Positions 38,946 through 48,060 of a stretch of DNA of 64,000 nucleotides are shown here, one piece after another. The position numbers and the translations under genes are program-made. The stretch is from Gemmatimonadales bacterium (GTDB lineage Bacteria > Gemmatimonadota > Gemmatimonadetes > Gemmatimonadales > GWC2-71-9): NCBI GenBank assembly GCA_038250675.1, contig JBBSCB010000002.1, forward strand, positions 130,658 to 194,657, in the 5' to 3' direction. The stretch's first letter is position 1. Each line of letters starts with the position of its first letter. A model generated the notes under the pieces. That model was not told the DNA's origin. It saw only the letters and a program-made list of their open reading frames with translations, and did no database searches.

Positions 38946-41216
38946 ATGAGCCTGCTTCCCCTGTTGTTGCTGCAGATCCAGGCCGCCGCACCCGTTGTCG
39001 AGGGCCGCGGCGCGCCTGAGGTCTCGATCCCCCGTATCGAAGCCGAAATCGCCGTCGACGGCCGGCTGTCGGAACCGGTCTGGACCGCCGCCACCCGGCT
39101 GGGTGGCTTCTCCCAGTACCAGCCGGTCGACGGCCGCCCGGCCGAGGAACGGACCGACGTCCTGGTGTGGTACAGCCCCACCGCCATCTTCTTCGGCATC
39201 GTGGCGCACGATCGCAATCCCGGCTCCATCCGGGCCACCGTGGCCGACCGGGACCACATCGGCAACGACGACAACGTCACGATCTACCTGGACACATTCA
39301 ACGACCGGCGGCGGGCGTTCTTCTTTGGCGTCAATCCGCTGGGCGTGCAGGATGACGGCGTCCGGAGCGAGGGGGCCGGCACCGCGGCCGGGAACCTGGG
39401 CGGCGGCAACGTGGACCGGAACCCGGACTTCATCTACCAATCCCGCGGCCAGCTCACCGATTCGGGGTATGTGGTGGAAGTCCGCATCCCCTTCAAAAGC
39501 CTGCGCTTCCCCGGCAGCGGCGCGCAGCGCTGGGGCCTCAACATCGTGCGCGACATCAAGCGCACGGGCTACGAGGACACCTGGACCGACGCGCGGCGCG
39601 CCAACGCGAGCTTCCTCACGCAGAGCGGCACGATCACGGGACTGCATGACCTGCACCGCGGCGTGGTGACCGAAGTCCAGCCCTTCGTCACCGCGACGGC
39701 CAATGGCGGGCCGAACGACGTCTCGGGCCGCTTCGAGCGCGACGCGATCAACCCCAGCGCCGGCGCCAATCTCAAGCTGGGCTTCACCAACATGGCGCTG
39801 GACGCCACCATCAACCCCGACTTCAGCCAGGTCGAGTCGGATGCGGGGCTGGTGACGGTCAACGAGCGCTTTGCGCTGTTCCTGCCGGAACGGCGACCGT
39901 TCTTCCTCGAGGGGATCGAGCTGTTCTCCACGCCCAATCAGCTGGTGTACACCCGCCAGATCGCCGATCCGATCGGCGGCGCCAAGTTCACCGGGAAGTT
40001 CGGGCGCTATAACATCGCCTACCTGGGCGCATTGGACGATGCCTCGCCCGACAATGCATTGTTCAACATCGTGCGCGTGCGGCGCGACCTGAGCCGCTCC
40101 TCGGCCACCGGCCTGACGTACACCGACCGGATCGCCGGCAGCGACTATAATCGCGTGCTCGCCGGCGACGCCCGGATCGTGTTTGCCCGGCTGTACTTTG
40201 TCCAGGCACAGCTCGGCGGGTCCTGGACCCGCGACACGGCCGGCACCAGAAAGGCGCCGATCTGGGAAGCCGAGTTCGACCGGACCGGGCGCGGCTGGGG
40301 CTTCAACTATCAGCTCAACGCGATCGGCTCCGAGTTCGAGACCCGGTCCGGCTTTGTTCCGCGCAACGACATGGTCTCCGCCCATGCCCTCAACCGCCTG
40401 ACGTTCTACGGCGCGCGCGGAACGCTGGTGGAGAACTTCACGATCTTTGCTGGCCCCACCCGGATCTGGCGCTATCAGGACTTCGGCTCCCGCGCGCCGA
40501 TCGAGGGCGATGATGCGTTCAACACGATGACGCGTTTTCGCGGCGGTTGGGCGCTTGATGCCAGCATCCGCCGCACGTTCGTGACCTACAACGCGTCCGC
40601 CTATGCCGGCGTGACCGTGGGTGACAGCATCACGCCGTACCAGCCGCCCGCCCGCCTCGACAACGCGTTCACCACCAGCGTCCGGCTCGCCACCCCCACG
40701 TTCCGGAGCTTCAACGCCGACCTTCGCCTGCAGCGGTCCGAAGTCGCGATCTTTCCCGAAGCGTCCGAGGGACGCGAGACCCGGGTCACCGCCAACCTCG
40801 AGTTGCGGCCGGCGGCCTCGGTCCGCGCGGGACTCTCGACCACGCTTTCGCGCATCACGCGGCGCCGGGACGGCAGCGAATTCGCACGGACGCTGATCCC
40901 CCGGCTCCGGCTGGAGTATCAGCCCAGCCGGGCGTTGTTTTTTCGCGCCATCGGCGAATACCAGTCCGAGCGACGGGCCGCCCTGCGCGACGGCGTCAGC
41001 GGTGTGCCATTGCTCGTAAACGGCGTGGTCCAGCCGGGCTCGGAGTCGGGGCGGTTTCGCCTCGACCTGCTGACATCGTACGAGCCGACCCCGGGCACCG
41101 TGGCGTTCCTGGGCTACGGTACCACGCTCCTGGGACCCAGCGCGACCGGCGTGAGCAGTCTGGTGCGCGCCGCCGATGGGTTCTTCGTCAAGCTGGCCTA
41201 TCTGTTCCGGAGCTGA
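38946..41216 (+). CDS. carbohydrate-binding family 9-like / DUF5916 outer-membrane-associated protein
   Basis: N-terminal IDGRLSEPVW ... GFSQYQP ... DDNVTIYLDTFND pattern, then a long beta-rich region ending in YLFRS. Confidence 0.75.
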   Translation: MSLLPLLLLQIQAAAPVVEGRGAPEVSIPRIEAEIAVDGRLSEPVWTAATRLGGFSQYQPVDGRPAEERTDVLVWYSPTAIFFGIVAHDRNPGSIRATVADRDHIGNDDNVTIYLDTFNDRRRAFFFGVNPLGVQDDGVRSEGAGTAAGNLGGGNVDRNPDFIYQSRGQLTDSGYVVEVRIPFKSLRFPGSGAQRWGLNIVRDIKRTGYEDTWTDARRANASFLTQSGTITGLHDLHRGVVTEVQPFVTATANGGPNDVSGRFERDAINPSAGANLKLGFTNMALDATINPDFSQVESDAGLVTVNERFALFLPERRPFFLEGIELFSTPNQLVYTRQIADPIGGAKFTGKFGRYNIAYLGALDDASPDNALFNIVRVRRDLSRSSATGLTYTDRIAGSDYNRVLAGDARIVFARLYFVQAQLGGSWTRDTAGTRKAPIWEAEFDRTGRGWGFNYQLNAIGSEFETRSGFVPRNDMVSAHALNRLTFYGARGTLVENFTIFAGPTRIWRYQDFGSRAPIEGDDAFNTMTRFRGGWALDASIRRTFVTYNASAYAGVTVGDSITPYQPPARLDNAFTTSVRLATPTFRSFNADLRLQRSEVAIFPEASEGRETRVTANLELRPAASVRAGLSTTLSRITRRRDGSEFARTLIPRLRLEYQPSRALFFRAIGEYQSERRAALRDGVSGVPLLVNGVVQPGSESGRFRLDLLTSYEPTPGTVAFLGYGTTLLGPSATGVSSLVRAADGFFVKLAYLFRS

Positions 41217-41397
41217 TGCCGACGCCCACCGCGGACACCATCATCGTCGGTGCCGACGTTGCCGGGCTGGCGGCGGCGCCCACGCTCACGGCAGGCGGAC
41301 GGCGCGTCGAGGGATTTCACGCGCCCGACCTGACGCGCATGAGCGTCCGCGCGCTGGGGTGCCATCCTGAGCGGCGGCAGGCGCCGATCGGCGGTGT
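41216..41397 (+). pseudogene. possible remnant of an FAD-dependent oxidoreductase gene
   Basis: MPTPTADTIIVGADVAGLAAAPTLTAGGRRV resembles a dinucleotide-binding GxGxxG N-terminus, with the second Gly changed to Asp. Similarity stops after about 32 aa, and the frame then runs into the convergent ClC gene. Confidence 0.3.
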
Positions 41398-43359
41398 TCA
41401 GCGCGCCGCCACCTCGGCGGTCAGGTCATCGCGCTCCCGGGGTCCGGTGTCGGTCATGCCGAGCGCAGACACCCCTGTCAGCGTCCGCTCGTACGCCGCG
41501 AGAATGTGGGTGCGGGTGATCAGTCCGAGCAGCCGGCGCGTGCCCGGCTCGATGACCGGCACGGCGGTCGAGCCGCGGACGCCCAGGCGGCGGATCGTCT
41601 CCAGCAGCGTATCGGCCAGCGTTACCGCCTCGGTCTGAGTGACCAGATCGGCGGCGCAGAGCATGGCCGCCGGCTCGTGGTCCCGCGCAACCCGCCCCAG
41701 GTGCGCCACGGTCACCACCCCCAGCAGAATTCCCCCCGCATTCACCACCGGGTAGGTCGTCTGGCCGCCGTGGCCCAGCCGCTCCAGCATCAGCGGCAGC
41801 GGCGCGTCGGCGAGGAAGACCAGTGGCTTGGGATCGAACGCATCGGAGACGCGGAGTCCCAGGAGCACATCGCGGTCGGTACCATGCTCGAGCCGCTCGC
41901 CGCGACGGCGCAGCCAGCCGCTGTAGAGGGAATCCGGCTCCAGCCGGCGGGCGATGTGGTGGGAGATGACCGTCGTAAGCATGAGCGGCAGCACGATGGC
42001 GTAGTCGTTGGTCATCTCGAAGACGATCAGGATGCCGGTGATGGGGGCGTCCGTGGCGCCCGCGATCAGCGCGCCCATGCCCACCAGCGCGTACGCCTCC
42101 GGATGGAGGTGCATCCCCGGAAAGAGTCCCGCCATCGCCACGCCGAACGCGCCGCCGGTGGCCGCACCGATGTAGAGCGAGGGCGTGAAGACCCCGCCCG
42201 ATCCACCGGTGTTGAGCGTCAGCGACGTCGCCACGATCTTGCCGATCGCGAGCAGGGCGAGCGAGTACCACGCCATCCGGCCGAACACCTCGAGGTGCAC
42301 CGCGAGGTGCCCGTAGCCGACCAGCAGCCCGTGCGAGAGATAGACCAGGCCGCCCACAAGCAGGCCGCCGAGCGCGGGGAGCAGCGCACCGGGCAGTCGG
42401 CTCCGCCTGGCCCAGCTGTCGGTGTGGAAGTAGGCCCATACGAAGCACGCCGAGACGAGCCCGGCCACGACCCCGAGGAGCGGATAGATCAGGATGACTT
42501 CGCGCACCAGCGTGTAGCCGTACTCGTGTGGAATCGGGAATGCAGGGTGATTGCCGAAGAACGCGCGTGACACCACCGCCGCAACGACGCTGCTGACCAC
42601 GACCGCCGGAAAGGCGGCGGCCGAGAACGATCCCAGGATCTCCTCGATGGCAAAGAAGGCGCCCGCCAGCGGCGCGTTGAACGCCGCCGAGATGCCGGCC
42701 GCCGCGCCGGCTCCGACGAGCACCGTGATCCGGTCGGGGCCGAACCGGAAAACACGCCCCAGGAACGAGCCGATGGCGGAGCCGAGGACGGCGACCGGGC
42801 CTTCGCTGCCGGCCGATCCGCCACTGCCGATCGTGATGGCGCTGGCCGCGGTGCGGGCGAGTGCGGGTCGGGCGGGGACGTCGCCGCCGCGCCGGGCGAC
42901 CGCGGCCTGCACGTCCGGCACGTTCATCCCTTCGTGACCGCGCCCAAAGCGCCGCATCACGAACCAGGCCGCCGCCAGCCCCGCGCCGGTGAGCAGCGGA
43001 CGATAGGCGAGGAACGCGCCGCGGGGGAAGATCGTCCCGGGCCACCGGTAGAACAGGTAGAACGCCGCGTCGATCGCCTTGTAGAACCCCACGACGCCAA
43101 GCGCGCCGCCAATACCGACGGCCACGCTGAATCCCAGCAGGATGCTGTTCTCGCTGAAGCCCAGCAAGTTGAACGCATCCACCAGGGTGTACCACGCTCC
43201 GCGCGCCGCGTCCACCGGCTCCCCCACCACTTCGATGGCGCGGTGCGGTGCGCGGCGCGCGCGGCGCCACAGCTGCCGGATGACGCGCCAGATGGTCTGC
43301 TTGGCGCGCTGCCGGGCGATTTCGGGATCTGAGTCTGTCGGAGGGCCCTGCACCGTCAT
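41398..43359 (-). CDS. ClC family voltage-gated chloride channel with two C-terminal CBS domains
   Basis: GSGGSAGSEGP and GGVFTPSL motifs, about 10-12 TM, and a CBS pair at the C-terminus. Start set at ATG 43359. Confidence 0.9.
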   Translation of the reverse strand: MTVQGPPTDSDPEIARQRAKQTIWRVIRQLWRRARRAPHRAIEVVGEPVDAARGAWYTLVDAFNLLGFSENSILLGFSVAVGIGGALGVVGFYKAIDAAFYLFYRWPGTIFPRGAFLAYRPLLTGAGLAAAWFVMRRFGRGHEGMNVPDVQAAVARRGGDVPARPALARTAASAITIGSGGSAGSEGPVAVLGSAIGSFLGRVFRFGPDRITVLVGAGAAAGISAAFNAPLAGAFFAIEEILGSFSAAAFPAVVVSSVVAAVVSRAFFGNHPAFPIPHEYGYTLVREVILIYPLLGVVAGLVSACFVWAYFHTDSWARRSRLPGALLPALGGLLVGGLVYLSHGLLVGYGHLAVHLEVFGRMAWYSLALLAIGKIVATSLTLNTGGSGGVFTPSLYIGAATGGAFGVAMAGLFPGMHLHPEAYALVGMGALIAGATDAPITGILIVFEMTNDYAIVLPLMLTTVISHHIARRLEPDSLYSGWLRRRGERLEHGTDRDVLLGLRVSDAFDPKPLVFLADAPLPLMLERLGHGGQTTYPVVNAGGILLGVVTVAHLGRVARDHEPAAMLCAADLVTQTEAVTLADTLLETIRRLGVRGSTAVPVIEPGTRRLLGLITRTHILAAYERTLTGVSALGMTDTGPRERDDLTAEVAAR

Positions 43360-43491
43360 CAATTCTCTCTCCACCACGCGGTTTCGGCATGCATAATAAC
43401 CGAGGCGCGACGAATCGGGCCCCCACCTGAAACCGGCCGCCATTCGGCGGCGTCCTGATATGAGGTCCCGCCGCCAACCTCGCCGTCAATT

Positions 43492-44421
43492 TTGCCGGAG
43501 CGCCCCGTGCCTCGAGCCGCCATACTCACCGCGATCGCGTGTCTTGCCCTGCTGGTTTCCCGCACGCCGGTCGTGGCGCAGATCCGCGCCGACCCGCTCA
43601 TCGCGCGGGCCGACAGCGCCGCCGCCGCCCGGGATGTGGGCCGCGCGGCCGCCCTGTATCAGCAGGCGCTCAAGCGAGCCCCCGACGACGGCGGCACCTG
43701 GATGAAGCTTGGCTCAGTTCAGTACGCCGCGGGGCAGTTCCGGGAGGCGGCGGCGTCCTTCCACCGGGCCTCGACCTACAAGGTGCCGTTCGCCATGTAC
43801 AATGCGGCCGCATCCCTGGCACGCCTGGGAGATGGCGCTGGCGCGATCGCGCTGCTCGATACCGTCGCCCAGAACGGCTTCACCCTGGTCCAGCTCATCC
43901 GGAACGACAGCGATTTTGTGGCGCTGCGCGCCGATCCGGCCTTCGTGGCGGTGGTGGATCACGTGCAGCGCAACGCCACGCCCTGCGCCGCCGAGCCCAA
44001 GGCGCGCCAGCTCGACTTCTGGGTCGGCGACTGGACCGTGTCCCGCGGCAGCACGCAGGTCGGCACCAGCAGCGTGCAGCTCATCCTCGGCTCCTGCGTC
44101 GTGCTGGAAAACTGGTCCGGCCGCTACGGCGACACCGGCAAGAGCTTCAACGTGTACGACGCGAGTCGCGACGAGTGGCAGCAGTACTGGGTGGCCGATC
44201 GAATGCAGGGCTCCGTCTTCTACACGCAGGGCGTCTACATCGATGGCCGGCTCCAGTATCGCCATGCGGAGTCGCGCCAGCCGGACGGATCGACGTTGCT
44301 GCGCCGCCTGGCGTTCTTCAACCTGGATCCCGATCATGTCCGCCAGTTTGCCGAAAAGTCGACCGACGGCGGAACGACCTGGACGCCGGAGTACGACTTT
44401 CTCTACACCCGGAAGCGCTGA
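43492..44421 (+). CDS. exported TPR-repeat protein with C-terminal domain of unknown function
   Basis: Signal peptide and TPR-like helices (AAALYQQALKRAPDDGGTWMKLG...). TTG 43492 or GTG 43507 could be the start. Confidence 0.7.
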   Translation: MPERPVPRAAILTAIACLALLVSRTPVVAQIRADPLIARADSAAAARDVGRAAALYQQALKRAPDDGGTWMKLGSVQYAAGQFREAAASFHRASTYKVPFAMYNAAASLARLGDGAGAIALLDTVAQNGFTLVQLIRNDSDFVALRADPAFVAVVDHVQRNATPCAAEPKARQLDFWVGDWTVSRGSTQVGTSSVQLILGSCVVLENWSGRYGDTGKSFNVYDASRDEWQQYWVADRMQGSVFYTQGVYIDGRLQYRHAESRQPDGSTLLRRLAFFNLDPDHVRQFAEKSTDGGTTWTPEYDFLYTRKR

Positions 44422-44496
44422 GGCCGGCCCTGCTGGCGCGACGGCGGTCCGGGCGGTAGCGTTGCTGATTCCCCAACCCGCAGCGCGGAGGTGTTG

Positions 44497-45321
44497 ATGG
44501 AGTCGGCCCGCGACACACCGGCTGACGTGCCGCTCGACCCGCAGGCAGCGATGGCGCCGTCGGCGATGCCCCGGGCGGTGACGCCGCCGGCCGAAGCCAC
44601 ATCCGCCGATGCCGGCCCACCCGATACGCTGGCGCCCGTAGCCGAGTCGTCCCCGCGGGGTGTCCACCGGCATCACTGGATCGTGCGCCTGACCCACTGG
44701 GTCAACGCGATCGCGCTGACCGGCCTCATCGCCAGCGGCCTTCAGATCTACGAGGCGTTTCCCCATTTTGGGCAGAAGGGCAACGTCTACGGCGTACCCA
44801 ATCCGTTCGACATGACCACGTTTCCACGGTGGTCCCGGCTCGGCGGCTGGCTGGCGGGCGGACTCAACTGGCATTTTGCGCTGGCCTGGGTCTTCGTCGG
44901 CAGCGGGCTCCTGTACCTGGGTTACATGCTGGCGTCGGCCGAGTGGCGAACCCTCGTGTTCCGGCCCCGCGACATCGGCCCGGCCGTGCAGATGCAGCGG
45001 TACTATCTGCACCTCCGCCGCGATCACCCGGCGCAGGGCAAGCACAACGCGCTGCAGAAGGGCGCGTACACGTTTATCCTGGCGCTGGGCGTGCTGAGCG
45101 TGCTGACCGGCTTTGCGGTGTACAAGCCGGTGCAGCTGCCGGGGCTGGTGACGCTGTTCGGCGGCTACGAGCTGGCGCGGTACTGGCACTTCGTCGCCGT
45201 CTGGCTCTTCGTGGCCTTCACCCTGGTGCACGTGATCCTGGTTGTCGTCGTTGACCCGGCGTCGCTTCGCGGCATGATCACCGGCTGGTACCGGGGGAGA
45301 TTTCCGAGCCATGGCGCCTGA
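44497..45321 (+). CDS. cytochrome b family membrane protein (Ni/Fe-hydrogenase b-type / YedZ-like)
   Basis: HRHHWIVRLTHWVNA plus 4-5 TM with conserved His residues. ATG 44497 lies 7 nt after GGAGG. Confidence 0.8.
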   Translation: MESARDTPADVPLDPQAAMAPSAMPRAVTPPAEATSADAGPPDTLAPVAESSPRGVHRHHWIVRLTHWVNAIALTGLIASGLQIYEAFPHFGQKGNVYGVPNPFDMTTFPRWSRLGGWLAGGLNWHFALAWVFVGSGLLYLGYMLASAEWRTLVFRPRDIGPAVQMQRYYLHLRRDHPAQGKHNALQKGAYTFILALGVLSVLTGFAVYKPVQLPGLVTLFGGYELARYWHFVAVWLFVAFTLVHVILVVVVDPASLRGMITGWYRGRFPSHGA

Positions 45322-46075
45322 ACGCGACACCGATCCCGCCGACAGCCCCGACGCGCCGCCGAGCCGCCGTGACTTCCTGCGCCGCGGCCTGATCACCGGC
45401 GCCGCGGCCGTGCTGACGGGTTGCGGCTGGGACGGCGGCCCGCTGATCCGCCCCGGACTGGCGGCCATCAGCCGCGTCAACGACTGGGCAGGCGAGCACG
45501 TCTGGCTGGGTTCGCACCGGCTCGCGCCGGACCTGCCGCATTCCGCCCGCAGCGCCACGATGCCCAACTATCACGTGGCCGAGCGCACGCCGCTGCTCAC
45601 CGACCCGGCCGAATGGGCGCTGACCGTGGGGGGCCAGGTGCGGACGCCGATGCGCCTGACGCTCCCGATGCTCCAGGCGCTTCCGCGGACCAGCTACACC
45701 GTCACCCATCATTGCGTCGAGGGCTGGACAACGGTCGCTACCTGGACCGGCGTGCCCGTCAGCGCAATCGCCCGGCTGGCGCAGCCCACCGCCGACGCGC
45801 GCTATCTGCGCATCGACTCGTTTGACCGAACCAGCGCCGGCGTGCCGTACTACAACGGCTGGGACCTGACCAGCGTCATGCACCCGCAGACGATCCTGGC
45901 GTACGCCTTCAACGACCGACCGCTCACGCCGGAGCACGGCGCCCCGCTGCGTCTGTATTCACCGGTCAAGCTGGGGTACAAGCTCACCAAGTACGTCACC
46001 GCGCTCACGTTCACGCGGGACCGGCCCGGCGGGTACTGGGAAGACCAGGGCTATCCGTGGCTCGGCGGCGTCTGA
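45311..46075 (+). CDS. molybdopterin-dependent oxidoreductase (sulfite-oxidase fold, YedY/MsrP-like) with Tat signal
   Basis: Twin-arginine motif SRRDFLRRG and the HHCVEGW Mo-ligand region. It overlaps the cytochrome b gene by 11 nt. Confidence 0.85.
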   Translation: MAPERDTDPADSPDAPPSRRDFLRRGLITGAAAVLTGCGWDGGPLIRPGLAAISRVNDWAGEHVWLGSHRLAPDLPHSARSATMPNYHVAERTPLLTDPAEWALTVGGQVRTPMRLTLPMLQALPRTSYTVTHHCVEGWTTVATWTGVPVSAIARLAQPTADARYLRIDSFDRTSAGVPYYNGWDLTSVMHPQTILAYAFNDRPLTPEHGAPLRLYSPVKLGYKLTKYVTALTFTRDRPGGYWEDQGYPWLGGV

Positions 46076-46076
46076 C

Positions 46077-46283
46077 TCAGGACTCCCGCTCCAGCAGCAC
46101 GTCGGCCGAGCCGTCCACGTGATAGGTTACGGTCACGCGCCACGGGCGGCAGCAGACATGGCAATCCTCGACGTATTCCTGCACTGTCCCGCCGCCGGGA
46201 TCGAGTCCAATCTCATTCGGCTCCCCGCAGTACGGGCAGTCCACCATGATCTCGGTGTCGGCGGCGCCGTCGCCATCATTCAT
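46077..46283 (-). CDS. CPXCG-motif cysteine-rich small protein
   Basis: CPYCG ... CHVCCRPW is a four-Cys zinc-ribbon-like pattern in a 68-aa protein. Confidence 0.8.
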   Translation of the reverse strand: MNDGDGAADTEIMVDCPYCGEPNEIGLDPGGGTVQEYVEDCHVCCRPWRVTVTYHVDGSADVLLERES

Positions 46284-46998
46284 CGCACGGCTCGATCGTC
46301 GCCGGGTCCGGCGTCCGAATGGTCGGCGTGAAGACCGCGACGTAGCCGTCGGCCGGGACGAGCCAGTCCAGACTCACCTCCCGAAAACCGGCGGCGGACA
46401 TCTCGCAGCGCAGCAGCGCCACCGGCGTGCCGTGGTCCCGGATTGGCCGGTCCAGATCCACCACCACCACCCTGCCGCCCGCCGCCAGCACCGTCCGCAG
46501 TCGATACAGGAATGCGTACGGCGCCGTCACTTCGTGATACATGTGCGCCAGCAGCGCCAGGTCTACTGTCGCCGCCGGCAACGACGGATCGTCCGGCCGG
46601 CCCAGCACCGTGCGGACGGCAAGGTATCCCTCGCGGTCGAGCCGTCCCCGCAGATCGGCGAGATAGCCGGCGTCCACATCCTCCGCCACCAGCGCGGCCG
46701 CCGGGCCCAGCACACGAGCCAAGCGCAGCGTGTAGTAGCCGCTCCCCGCGCCGATGTCGGCGACGCGGACGCCTGGTGCGATCTGCAGCAGATCGATCAC
46801 CCGGGCCGCCTCACCCACCCGGTCCCGTCTGGCCTCGTCGCCCCAGTCAGGCGCCATCGTCCGCGCCACGCGCCGGTGCGGCGCGGGGAAGATCGTGTCG
46901 GACGTCTGCGCCGCCGCTGGATCCGCCGCCAGCGCTACGCCCAGCGCCAGGCACAGCGCCGAGCCAAAGATCACCTGCCGCGCTCTTGCGGCCGTCAC
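46276..46998 (-). CDS. class I SAM-dependent methyltransferase with N-terminal signal/anchor sequence
   Basis: Motif I is VADIGAGSGYYT. GTG 46998 gives the N-terminus TAARARQVIFGSALCLALGVALAADPAAAQ. GTG 47040 is an alternative start. Confidence 0.8.
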   Translation of the reverse strand: MTAARARQVIFGSALCLALGVALAADPAAAQTSDTIFPAPHRRVARTMAPDWGDEARRDRVGEAARVIDLLQIAPGVRVADIGAGSGYYTLRLARVLGPAAALVAEDVDAGYLADLRGRLDREGYLAVRTVLGRPDDPSLPAATVDLALLAHMYHEVTAPYAFLYRLRTVLAAGGRVVVVDLDRPIRDHGTPVALLRCEMSAAGFREVSLDWLVPADGYVAVFTPTIRTPDPATIEPCDE

Positions 46999-47058
46999 CC
47001 GCCGGGGCGAAGATACCGTTCCGCCAACGACTCCATTCACGGCTGAACCCGGATAACG

Positions 47059-48051
47059 ATGCTGCGCACGGAATTTCTCGGGACCGGAATGGCTGTGCCG
47101 GACCGGGTCGTTACCAACGACGACCTGAGCACGCTCATGGACACGAGCGACGAGTGGATCCGGGCCCGTACCGGCATCGAGCAGCGCCACTGGGTGCGGG
47201 AAGGCGAGACCGGGCTGGACCTCGCGCTCTCGGCGAGCCGCCGCGCCCTCGCGATGGCCGGTCTCACACCGGCCGACATCGACGCCATTGTCTACGCCAC
47301 GTCCACGCCGGACCACTTTGCACCCGGCAACGGAGTGTACCTGCAGCACGCGCTCGGCGCCGGCAACATCCCCGCACTCGACATCCGCACCCAGTGCAGC
47401 GGGTTCGTCTATGCACTCTCCGTGGCGGACGCATGGATCCGGGCCGGCACGTACCGGACGGTGCTGGTGGTAGGGGCCGAGGTGCAATCCACCGGCATGG
47501 ATGTCTCCAGCCGTGGGCGCAATACCGCGGTCATCTTTGCCGATGGCGCTGGTGCCGCCGTGCTGGGCGCCACGGCGGAGGATCGCGGAATTCTGGGATT
47601 CGATTTGCATTCGGACGGAAGCTACGCGGACAAGCTGTGGGTGGACACCCCGGGCTCCATGTACCATCCGCGCATCTCGCCCGAACACCTCGAGGCGCAG
47701 CGACACTTCCTGGCGATGGATGGCAAGGATGTCTTCCGGCATGCGGTCGTCCGCATGCCGCAGTCGGTCCGGAGCGTCCTCGCGACGGTCGGCGCGACGA
47801 CCGCCGACGTGTCCCTGCTGATTCCGCACCAGGCCAACCTGCGGATCTCGGAGATGGTGCAGAAGTCGCTGGAGCTCCGCGACGACCAGGTCTACAACAA
47901 TATTCAGCGCTACGGCAATACGACGGCCGCCACGATCCCCATCGCGCTCGACGAGTGCGTGCGCGCCGGGCGCCTTACGCGCGGCGACCTCGTGGTGTTC
48001 ACCGCGTTCGGCTCCGGCTTCATGTGGGGCAGCGCGGCACTCCGCTGGTAG
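47059..48051 (+). CDS. fabH: beta-ketoacyl-ACP synthase III
   Basis: Cys-His-Asn triad contexts (TQCSGFVYAL, IPHQAN, GNTTAAT), 330 aa. Confidence 0.95.
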   Translation: MLRTEFLGTGMAVPDRVVTNDDLSTLMDTSDEWIRARTGIEQRHWVREGETGLDLALSASRRALAMAGLTPADIDAIVYATSTPDHFAPGNGVYLQHALGAGNIPALDIRTQCSGFVYALSVADAWIRAGTYRTVLVVGAEVQSTGMDVSSRGRNTAVIFADGAGAAVLGATAEDRGILGFDLHSDGSYADKLWVDTPGSMYHPRISPEHLEAQRHFLAMDGKDVFRHAVVRMPQSVRSVLATVGATTADVSLLIPHQANLRISEMVQKSLELRDDQVYNNIQRYGNTTAATIPIALDECVRAGRLTRGDLVVFTAFGSGFMWGSAALRW

Positions 48052-48060
48052 GACGCCGCG

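Noticed and set aside
41426-43489. 687-aa ORF on the same strand as the ClC gene but in another frame.
   Set aside because: Its sequence is low-complexity and Arg/Gly/Pro-rich. The 41398..43359 frame encodes a recognisable ClC channel with CBS domains.
43360-43491. Fluoride (crcB-motif) riboswitch upstream of the ClC gene.
   Set aside because: The leader lacks the conserved riboswitch elements (no CUGAUGAUGCC-like segment), and the channel keeps the GSEGP-type motif rather than CLC-F-type substitutions.
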